Origin: an uncultured delta proteobacterium
GTDB lineage: Bacteria; Desulfobacterota; WTBG01; CAIYCZ01; CAIRTM01
NCBI GenBank assembly: GCA_903911225.1
Contig: CAIWCT010000037.1
Coordinates: 2,450-66,449, forward strand
Direction of reading: 5' to 3'
DNA length: 64,000 nt
The translations under genes were made by a program, and so were the position numbers. The first letter of the stretch is position 1. Each line of letters begins with the position of its first letter. Under the pieces are notes generated by a model. The model was not told where the DNA came from and searched no databases. It saw only the letters and a program-made list of their open reading frames with translations. This document shows positions 37,723 through 45,479 of this stretch, in pieces.

Positions 37723-39144
37723 ATGCTGTTTAATTCTGTTAACTTTTTTATTTTTTTTGGCAGCCTGACACTTTGTTATTTTGCCCTGCCGTATAGATTC
37801 CGCAATCTGTTCCTTCTGGCATCGAGCTATTTTTTTTACATGTTCTGGAATGCTGGATATGCTCTATTGCTCCTGTTTTCAACTGCCGCAAGCTATGGAT
37901 TTGCACTGCTTATAGAAAAAGCTCCTTCAAAAAAGAAAAAAAGGCTGCTGTTTATCAGCAGTCTTTTTTTTAATATAGGCCTGCTTTTTGTTTTTAAGTA
38001 CCTGGCCTTTTTTGCCACATCCATCCAGGCAATTTTAAAATTTTTTGCTATTGCTGTCGAGGCGCCAACCTTTAATATTTTGCTTCCGGTTGGTATTTCT
38101 TTTTTCACTTTCCGGACAATCAGCTGCCTGATTGATGTATATCGCGGCAAAATGGAGGCGGAGAGAAATTTTTGCGTTTTTGCGCTCTACGTTTCCTTTT
38201 TCCCTTCGCTCCTTGCAGGGCCTATTGACAGGGCTGTCAGTCTTATCCCTCAGCTTCATGCCAGGCACAGCATTGACATGCCGCGCATATGTTTGGGGGC
38301 GCGCATTATGCTCTGGGGGCTGTTTAAAAAAGTAGTTATCGCAGACAGGCTTGCCATTTACGCCGATAGTATTTTCAATAATGTGCCTTACCACACCGGC
38401 CCAAGCTATATTGTAGCCGCCTACTTTTATACCCTTCAGATATATTGTGATTTTTCAGGCTATTCAGACATGGCAATCGGCTGCGCAAAAATTCTTGGCT
38501 TTGACTTGGTGCAGAATTTTAACCTTCCCTATTTTTCAACAACAATTACTGATTTCTGGCGCAGGTGGCACATATCTCTTTCAACCTGGTTCCGCGACTA
38601 TTTGTATATCCCCATGGGAGGCAGCCGTAAGGGCGGGGGGGGGATTTATGTTAATCTGCTGGTCACCATGGCAGTGTGCGGGCTATGGCATGGAGCATCG
38701 TGGACATTCATTATATGGGGCGTGCTGCATGGCTGCTGTCTGTGCCTTTCAAGGCTGACACTGAACTTCCGGGATGCCGTGTATCAGCGCCTTCAGATAC
38801 CCTCAGGAGTTGTAAGCACTATGCGGGTAGTTTTTACCTTCAATCTCGTTGCGTTTTTATGGATTTTTTTTCGGGCCAATTCAGTTCATGATGCCGTGTA
38901 TATCGTGACACATTTTTTCAGCGGGTGGCCCAATCTTTTTATTGACCCGCTTTCTCTTTTTCATGGCTTTTTGGGCATCGTGGTCCTTGTGTGCGTGGAA
39001 CTGCTGCAAAGGCTAAGTCCGAAGCATGCTTCTCCTGAACAGTGGCCGCTTCCCTTGCGATGGGCGGCATACTATGCCCTGGCGCTTTCAATAGTTCTCT
39101 TTGGCGTCGATGGCGGTTCTCAGTTTATCTACTTTCAATTTTAA
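37723..39144 (+). CDS. MBOAT-family membrane O-acyltransferase (AlgI/DltB-like)
   Basis: MLFNSVNFFIFF. FWRRWHISLSTWFRDYLYIPMGGSR. GLWHGASW. Multi-TM. Contains a G9 tract at 38635-38643. Confidence 0.9.
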   Translation: MLFNSVNFFIFFGSLTLCYFALPYRFRNLFLLASSYFFYMFWNAGYALLLLFSTAASYGFALLIEKAPSKKKKRLLFISSLFFNIGLLFVFKYLAFFATSIQAILKFFAIAVEAPTFNILLPVGISFFTFRTISCLIDVYRGKMEAERNFCVFALYVSFFPSLLAGPIDRAVSLIPQLHARHSIDMPRICLGARIMLWGLFKKVVIADRLAIYADSIFNNVPYHTGPSYIVAAYFYTLQIYCDFSGYSDMAIGCAKILGFDLVQNFNLPYFSTTITDFWRRWHISLSTWFRDYLYIPMGGSRKGGGGIYVNLLVTMAVCGLWHGASWTFIIWGVLHGCCLCLSRLTLNFRDAVYQRLQIPSGVVSTMRVVFTFNLVAFLWIFFRANSVHDAVYIVTHFFSGWPNLFIDPLSLFHGFLGIVVLVCVELLQRLSPKHASPEQWPLPLRWAAYYALALSIVLFGVDGGSQFIYFQF

Positions 39145-39158
39145 CGCATGAAGGCAGT

Positions 39159-40112
39159 GTGCTAAAAAAGTATTTCCTGCGGCTGATGATATTTCTCGTG
39201 CTGCTTTTGGCAGGCGACAGGGCGCTCTATGCCCTTTTGTCCAATGCCTTTCATAAAACAGAAACCGGGGAGACCGGCGGTTTTATTAATAAAATAAGGA
39301 GCATAAAAGCTGAAGCGCTTATTGTTGGTGATTCCCGCGCCATGCACCATTACGATCCGGTAATACTTCAGGATACCCTGAAAATGCGGGTGTATAATGC
39401 AGGTGTGAACGGTCAGGGCATGCCGTATATACGAGGGATAACAGACTTGATTCTGCGCGATTACAAGCCGGGCCTCCTCATTTTCAATGTGGATGCCAGA
39501 ACTCTTGTCGCTTCTAAGGACAAGCGTGACCGGATCACTATTCTGGCCCCTTTTATGGATGAGTCGGAGGTGATTCGCGAGTTGATATATAATCGAAGCT
39601 TTTTTGAGCCCTGCAAGTACCTTTTTCACTTATTCCGCTTTAACAGCAGGCCTTTTGCAATACTGAGAAATCTGCACGCTCAGGACAAGACAATTTCAGG
39701 CTTTGAGCCTTTGCGCCGGGTGTTAAATCCTGCACTGATTATTTCCGAGGACAATTTGGAGGCAGGGGAACACGCAGATGCATACCTTGTGGGCCTCCTG
39801 CGTGCTACCCTCCATCAGGCAAAATCTGCAGGCGTTCCTGCTGTGATAGTAAATTCCCCCCGGTGGCGTTCCGTTGGAAGAATAGATCCCGGGCAAAAGC
39901 CTCTTTTTAAAATTCTCGAAGCCCTGGCCGACGAAGAGGGTGTGCCGTATCTGTCAATCAACCAGGAAAATACTGCTCGATTTCAAGATGCCGCTCTTTA
40001 TACCGATCCCGCACACTTGAATGAACAGGGGGCGCAGATTTTTACACGTATGGTTGCGCAGTGGCTTCAGCAAAAAGGATATGGGCCTTCCGGCTTAAAA
40101 ATTTTTCCATAA
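39159..40112 (+). CDS. SGNH/GDSL-like protein partnered with the MBOAT (AlgX/AlgJ/PatB-type role inferred)
   Basis: N-terminal TM helix. ALIVGDSRAMHHY (block I-like GDS). YTDPAHLNEQGAQIF (block V-like DxxH). GTG at 39159 is preferred, because the listed start at 39042 overlaps the MBOAT gene. Confidence 0.6.
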   Translation: MLKKYFLRLMIFLVLLLAGDRALYALLSNAFHKTETGETGGFINKIRSIKAEALIVGDSRAMHHYDPVILQDTLKMRVYNAGVNGQGMPYIRGITDLILRDYKPGLLIFNVDARTLVASKDKRDRITILAPFMDESEVIRELIYNRSFFEPCKYLFHLFRFNSRPFAILRNLHAQDKTISGFEPLRRVLNPALIISEDNLEAGEHADAYLVGLLRATLHQAKSAGVPAVIVNSPRWRSVGRIDPGQKPLFKILEALADEEGVPYLSINQENTARFQDAALYTDPAHLNEQGAQIFTRMVAQWLQQKGYGPSGLKIFP

Positions 40113-40379
40113 TTGAGAATCTCAGAGGAAATCAATTTTACTTGCTGCAAAGGGCTGGTTCTTTGAGGTTCGGGGCAAAAAGATCCATGGTTGAAATACT
40201 GTGGTGCCACCGGGAAACCAGGCGGTAAGCAGAGCTAATAAACCTCAACCTGTAGTATCGGGAAAATCCTGTCTACCCGCCTCAACACCTCATCAACTTC
40301 TAGTGGGCGGCGCACTTTTTTCTAAAGCGCGGCTAGTGCCCCTTCGACAGCGTTCAACAACTTAATGCCTCCGGCCCCA

Positions 40380-41432
40380 TTATTGAGGAAAAGACACAAT
40401 GCTTGAGGAGACCAGATTCTCAACGATAAACTCAGCAGCCTTTTCAGAGCCGGCGGCAGTATAGTGTAATCCATCGTAAAAAAAATCTTCATGGTTTGAC
40501 AAACCCGCCTGCATATCAATCAACACCACATTCATCTCACGAGCAACAGTCCGTATCGCATCATTAAAAGATGCAAAACAATCAATGCTCTCGTCGTCAA
40601 GAACAGCCTGTGCGAAATTGCCGTTTTTGGTCCGCCAATTTGCGGCTTCAGTCATCAGCACAGGCGTGATGCCGCTATCCCGGCATATGTGGATAAATAA
40701 CCGCAAATTTTTTTTAAATTCTTCACAATAGCCGTTACATTGGGCTGTCGGAGGCATGTTGGGGGCATCACATATCTTTATGTCGCCCGTGATCTTTTCA
40801 TTTTGTTGTGTCTGCGCATAATCCATATATGTTTTGCGGATGAGGCCGAAAAAATGACTGCGCGACGCCAGGTAATTCAGTAGCGTGACAGCCGTTATAT
40901 GGGTTGTTTCGATGACATTAAAATGTGCATATGATGTACGCCGAAACAAAGTCCCCATATCGTTTAAAGCCAGCATCATGACGCAGACTTGAGGCTTGTA
41001 AAAGCGCACTTTATTGAGCAGTATGCTCAACATGTGCTGCGTGTTGGCTCCTGAAAGACCGCAGTTCAAAGAATTGATCCGCTTGTTGAATCGCTCAGAG
41101 AGTCTCTTGCCGACCAAATAAGCAAAACGTTTGTTTTCGTCGACCGCCATACATTCGGTAGTAGATCCGCCAAGAAACGCAATGGTAAAATCGGGGTTGT
41201 CGTAAATTAATGAGGGATTGATAAATCCGTGAGAATCAACCCGATAGCGAATCGGACCCCAGGGCCAGTTAAAGATCAGATCAGTATTGGGTTTTGGTTC
41301 AGATAACACAAGAAAACGATCTAAAAAGCCGTGATAGGGATTGGTCCAGATTACCCGCAGAAAAAGCTCCCCTGAGGCAAAGATACATGCAAGGATAACG
41401 AGCCATAAAATAATCTTTTGAAATACCCGCAT
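40380..41432 (-). CDS. SGNH/GDSL hydrolase-fold protein with an N-terminal membrane anchor
   Basis: Block I FLGGSTTE. Block II CGLSGAN. Block III LALNDM. Block V YDGLHYTAAG. TM helix IILWLVILACIFA. Confidence 0.7.
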   Translation of the reverse strand: MRVFQKIILWLVILACIFASGELFLRVIWTNPYHGFLDRFLVLSEPKPNTDLIFNWPWGPIRYRVDSHGFINPSLIYDNPDFTIAFLGGSTTECMAVDENKRFAYLVGKRLSERFNKRINSLNCGLSGANTQHMLSILLNKVRFYKPQVCVMMLALNDMGTLFRRTSYAHFNVIETTHITAVTLLNYLASRSHFFGLIRKTYMDYAQTQQNEKITGDIKICDAPNMPPTAQCNGYCEEFKKNLRLFIHICRDSGITPVLMTEAANWRTKNGNFAQAVLDDESIDCFASFNDAIRTVAREMNVVLIDMQAGLSNHEDFFYDGLHYTAAGSEKAAEFIVENLVSSSIVSFPQ

Positions 41433-41777
41433 AGCGCAGACCTTTCTTCAGAAAAAAAGTGTCGTTAACTGGTAATGCGGAAAGGTTGATCCGTGAGAAC
41501 GCGTAAGGATATTTGGAATACAGCCGTGCAAACAGCTTATATCAAAACAGCAAAAAGGCGGTCGAAACGAAATTAGCCCCTTATGTGTTTTTCCCGTTTT
41601 TTTATCTAAAGGGCTTTTTTTCTACACGGCGGTCTGGCGTGTATGAATATATTGCTCATAGTAGCAAAACAGTGTATAGCCTACAATATAAAAATGACTT
41701 TTGCAACGCCGCTAATTTGTTTGTCTGGTGATCTCAAAAGCTGAAACTGCGGGCAGAAGGGGAATGCATGCAGCCAA

Positions 41778-41906
41778 CTGGATTCCCGCCGCAGTTTATC
41801 CTCGCGAAGGCGGGGACGGGAATGACATGGTTTTTTTATTTTTCAAACTGTCATCCCCGCGAAGCTTGTCCTCGACATGATCGGGGAGCGGGGATCCGGA
41901 ATCCAG
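41778..41906. repeat. Inverted pair of REP-like elements (TGTCATYCCC...GGAATCCAG type)
   Basis: The reverse complement of unit A (41778-41827) and unit B (41849-41906) both start with tgtcat(t/c)ccc and end with ggaatccag. A partial third copy is at 59572-59598. Confidence 0.7.
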
Positions 41907-42062
41907 GGTTAGGTTCATCTTTGGAGATAACCATATTTGCTCATTGCATTTTCGAAAAACCCGGGACGAGCCCGCCGATAAAAAGCAGGGTATGTGAAAA
42001 TGCTTTTGATAATCACCTTTTAAATACATATTGCATGAAAGATATTGCCGGAAAGCAGCCCC

Positions 42063-42479
42063 ATGATTGATGTTGTCCTGAAGAAAATTGAAGGGTTTAT
42101 TCCAAAGCATACAACCAGGGATCAGGCCAAAGATACCGGAATGGCAATGACCCTTATCTGTATCTTGATAGGCTATTTGGGCCATAAGCAGTATTGTATC
42201 GTTTGTGCCATCGTGCTTCTGCTGGTCACGATGACAGTGCCGACCATGTTCAGGCCGGCAGCAAAACTCTGGTTTGGATTATCCCAGATGCTGGGTGCGG
42301 TAATGTCGAAGATCCTGCTCAGCATCCTTTTTTTTCTTATAGTAACACCTGTTGGCATGATACGAAGAATGCTGGGCAAGGATTCTTTACAGCTGAAAAA
42401 GTGGAAAAAAGACAGCGCTTCTGTATTTAGAGAGCGCAATCACAGGTTTGCAGCAAGCGATATCCATCATCCATACTAA
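42063..42479 (+). CDS. SxtJ-like small membrane protein (carbamoyltransferase-associated)
   Basis: About 138 aa with 3 TM helices. Located immediately upstream of a DUF5989-like peptide and a NodU/CmcH carbamoyltransferase, the arrangement I recall for sxtI-J-K-type trios. Confidence 0.5.
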   Translation: MIDVVLKKIEGFIPKHTTRDQAKDTGMAMTLICILIGYLGHKQYCIVCAIVLLLVTMTVPTMFRPAAKLWFGLSQMLGAVMSKILLSILFFLIVTPVGMIRRMLGKDSLQLKKWKKDSASVFRERNHRFAASDIHHPY

Positions 42480-42489
42480 GGAAGACTGC

Positions 42490-42639
42490 ATGGACTTCTT
42501 AAAGGATTTATGGGGTTTTTTAAAAACCCGGAGAAAATTCTGGCTTCTGCCCATTATTTTGACATTGCTGCTGTTTGGCGCCCTGATTCTTCTTACCAGC
42601 GGCTCAGCGGTTGCGCCATTTATCTATACACTTTTTTAA
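42490..42639 (+). CDS. DUF5989 (SxtK-like) small membrane protein
   Basis: MDFLKDLWGFLKTRRKFWLLPIILTLLLFGALILLTSGSAVAPFIYTLF matches my memory of the DUF5989 consensus closely. AAGGAAG RBS. Confidence 0.7.
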   Translation: MDFLKDLWGFLKTRRKFWLLPIILTLLLFGALILLTSGSAVAPFIYTLF

Positions 42640-42652
42640 AACAGGTTGCGGT

Positions 42653-44512
42653 ATGTCAGATGTGATACTGGGGCTATCGGCGTTTTATCATGATAGCGCC
42701 GCAGCCCTGCTGCTTGACGGCACTATTGTTGCCGCTGCCCATGAAGAGCGCTTTACCCGCAAAAAGCATGACAGCGCATTCCCTGCCCATGCGGCACGCT
42801 ATGTGCTTGAAGAGGCAGGCATTACTCTTCATGATGTAGACAGTATTGCATTTTATGATAAGCCCTACCTGAAGTTCGAACGGCTCCTTGAAACCTATCA
42901 CGGATTGGCGCCCCGGGGGTTGCGAAGTTTTCTTTCGGCAATGCCGGTGTGGATTAAAGAAAAGCTTTTCATGCGCAAAATGCTCAAGGATGAGCTTTTG
43001 GCAATCGGCTCCGGCAGTCCCCGGTTTCTGTTTCCTGAACATCACCTCTCCCATGCTGCCAGCGCCTTTTATCCATCCCCGTTTGAAGAGGCGGCTATTT
43101 TAACAATTGACGGCGTGGGGGAGTGGGCAACCACGACCATAGGCCACGGCAGAGGCAATACAATAGAGATGTATCGGGAGCTGGATTTCCCTCATTCGCT
43201 GGGCCTTTTTTACTCCGCAGTGACATATTACTGCGGATTCAAGGTAAACAGCGGCGAATATAAGCTTATGGGGCTTGCCCCCTATGGTCTTGCTCATTCC
43301 GAAGATACAAAGCGGTTCAGGCAGAAGATGCTTGATAATCTGATAGATATAAGGGCAGATGGCTCCCTGCTCTTGAATATGGATTATTTTAATTTTGCAG
43401 CCGGCCTTACCATGTGTCATGAAGACAAGTGGAAGCAACTGTTCGGACTTCCGTTGCGGGCGTCTGAAGCCGGGTTGACGCAGCCATACATGGACTTTGC
43501 GCTTGCAGCCCAGCAGATAACGGAAGAGGTTATATTTCTGCTTGCTGATACGGCAAAGAAACTGACGGGAAGCCAGTATCTTGTCATGGCTGGCGGTGTG
43601 GCCCTTAACTGCGTTGCAAACGGCAAATTGCTGCGCCGCGGTACATTTAAGGATATCTGGATTCAGCCTGCGGCAGGGGATGCCGGTGGTGCGGTCGGGG
43701 CTGCCTATGCTGCTTATTATATAGGCCAGGACCGGCAGCGCACGGTTACCCCTGGTCAGGACTCAATGAAGGGCTCTTATCTTGGACCGGAATATAGCGC
43801 CCGGGATATTGAGCATATGTCACGGCGGCATAAGGCGCCGCTTCATTATTATGCTGGTTTTACTGAGCTGTGTGATGCTGTGGCCGAGCTTATTGCGCAG
43901 GGCAATGTCGTCGGATGGCTGCAGGGCCGTATGGAGTATGGACCTCGCGCCCTGGGCAACAGAAGCATACTGGGAAGCCCGTGTCTGCCGGATATGCAGA
44001 AGAAGTTGAATTTAAAAATCAAGTACCGTGAAGGGTTCAGGCCTTTTGCTCCGGCTGTTATGGAAGAGGAAATCGCCACGTACTTTGATCTGGACAGGCC
44101 GTCTCCGTATATGCTTTTTGTAGCGCCGGTTCGGGAAGACCGAAGGACCACGCTGCCGCCTAACTATGATCAGCTTACGATGTATGACCGCCTGTATCAT
44201 CTCCGGTCCGATGTGCCCGCTATCACCCATATCGACTACTCAGCGCGTATTCAGAGCATTAACAAATCGACCAATGAGCGCTTCTGGGAGCTGCTGAAGG
44301 CATTTAAGAAAAAGACCGGCTACGGCATGCTTGTCAATACGAGTTTTAACGTGCGAGGCGAGCCGATTGTGTGCACCCCGGAAGATGCATATCGCTGCTT
44401 TATGCGCACTGAAATGGACTATCTGGTGCTCGGGGATTATTTGTTTAAAAAAAACGAGCAGCCTGCCTGTAATGAAGAGAAAAACTGGCGCGAAGAATTT
44501 CAGCTTGATTGA
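42653..44512 (+). CDS. Carbamoyltransferase (NodU/CmcH family)
   Basis: MSDVILGLSAFYHDSAAALLLDGTIVAAAHEERFTRKKHD. EHHLSHAASAFY. GGVALNCVANG. C-terminal NTSFNVRGEPIV. Confidence 0.9.
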   Translation: MSDVILGLSAFYHDSAAALLLDGTIVAAAHEERFTRKKHDSAFPAHAARYVLEEAGITLHDVDSIAFYDKPYLKFERLLETYHGLAPRGLRSFLSAMPVWIKEKLFMRKMLKDELLAIGSGSPRFLFPEHHLSHAASAFYPSPFEEAAILTIDGVGEWATTTIGHGRGNTIEMYRELDFPHSLGLFYSAVTYYCGFKVNSGEYKLMGLAPYGLAHSEDTKRFRQKMLDNLIDIRADGSLLLNMDYFNFAAGLTMCHEDKWKQLFGLPLRASEAGLTQPYMDFALAAQQITEEVIFLLADTAKKLTGSQYLVMAGGVALNCVANGKLLRRGTFKDIWIQPAAGDAGGAVGAAYAAYYIGQDRQRTVTPGQDSMKGSYLGPEYSARDIEHMSRRHKAPLHYYAGFTELCDAVAELIAQGNVVGWLQGRMEYGPRALGNRSILGSPCLPDMQKKLNLKIKYREGFRPFAPAVMEEEIATYFDLDRPSPYMLFVAPVREDRRTTLPPNYDQLTMYDRLYHLRSDVPAITHIDYSARIQSINKSTNERFWELLKAFKKKTGYGMLVNTSFNVRGEPIVCTPEDAYRCFMRTEMDYLVLGDYLFKKNEQPACNEEKNWREEFQLD

Positions 44513-44763
44513 AATGCTTTATAGGGATTTTTTTCGCTCGTGCTGCATACAGGCAGAAAGCAGCATTCCAGCATTTGCTTCGGCAAGAATCATTGTCGCC
44601 ATTAGCATATTACACAGACGAACAAACCCCTGGATATGGCTATGCTGCTTCTGATGGCACTTTGAAGCCTGCATGTAATTTGAGAAATCCATGCCTGCCG
44701 CAAGGGGCGCGAACAAAAAAGCCTTGCAGGAAAATAGCGGGGCTTTAAGCGCGCTTTTTATGG

Positions 44764-44793
44764 TTGACACAGCTTGCACTGCGGGCATACAAT
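44764..44793 (+). promoter_or_regulatory. Sigma-70-like promoter in a 970-bp gene-free gap
   Basis: TTGACA (44764-44769), an 18-nt spacer, then TACAAT (44788-44793). Confidence 0.4.
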
Positions 44794-44799
44794 TAACAT

Positions 44800-44881
44800 A
44801 ATACTGCGGAAAGCATGAATCGTTAGTCCTTGTTTTTACCGCCACGTTACCCGGCGTGGCAACTACCGGCAGGTAGTTTTT
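44800..44881 (+). ncRNA. Candidate small RNA (about 80 nt) ending in two hairpins and a T-run
   Basis: Lies downstream of the promoter above. GCCACG-ttacccgg-CGTGGC (44841-44860), then CTACC-ggca-GGTAG (44863-44876), followed by TTTTT (44877-44881). No credible ORF. Confidence 0.3.
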
Positions 44882-45479
44882 GAAGAAGAGGCGATGAAGG
44901 GGGAGATAGATCGGAGCCTCCAGTACAGAAGCAGTGAATGTACAAGAAAACTGACTGGTAAACATTTGAATTACCGATGAGCCCTCGGGTGGCCTAAAAA
45001 GCAGGCTGACTAAGAAAAATAGAACCAGGATTCTTATTTATCAGAACTCTTAACTGAATCAGTGTGTGCAGCTGTTTTCAGGGTTTCAAGAGGAATGACG
45101 ACAGCGTTCAGGTTTTTAAAATCAATGCCGGGTTGGGGGGAGGCTATACTTTTAGAAAGATATTTCGAGACAAGTATCGTGACGGCTCATCTCGGTCCGG
45201 ACTCCAGCTAAATAAATTTTGAAGCATTGAAAAGAATAAAGTTCAATGATCATTACCCGGTAATGACAGCGTGTACATTGTAGATAATCCAATAAAAGAT
45301 TGTATTGCCCCAGCTATTCCCGGATGCTTGCCATCTATTTGCGTCCGGCGGGTCGGCTCACTGTATGTGGGTATTCCCAAACCGGATGATTGTATCGAAG
45401 CTGCCTCGCTTAAAGATGTTGATGTGTTAGCATCCGTGCAACGCCAGTGTGGCAGCAACATTAGAGGTTCGCTATCGTC

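Noticed and set aside
40113-40379. T7 run (40313-40320) and a tRNA-like-looking segment between the convergent SGNH genes
   Set aside because: The hairpin before the T-run has only about 3 bp. No cloverleaf can be drawn from the GGTGCCACCGGGAAACCAGGCGG segment. I treat this as a plain convergent intergenic spacer.
41768-42070. 100-aa ORF on the plus strand
   Set aside because: It is composed of the inverted REP-like elements. Translations such as ILAKAGTGMT and RGAGIRNPG are typical artefacts of that repeat class.
44519-44965. 148-aa minus-strand ORF in the large gap
   Set aside because: It is Cys/Phe/Leu-rich non-protein-like sequence with no RBS. It overlaps the candidate sRNA hairpins, so I treat the region as non-coding.
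45449-45466. Possible sigma-54 promoter TGGCAG-N5-TTAG upstream of the membrane-anchored aminotransferase
   Set aside because: The essential -12 GC is absent (TTAG instead of TTGC). No other GG-N10-GC candidate with flanking consensus was seen in any intergenic region.
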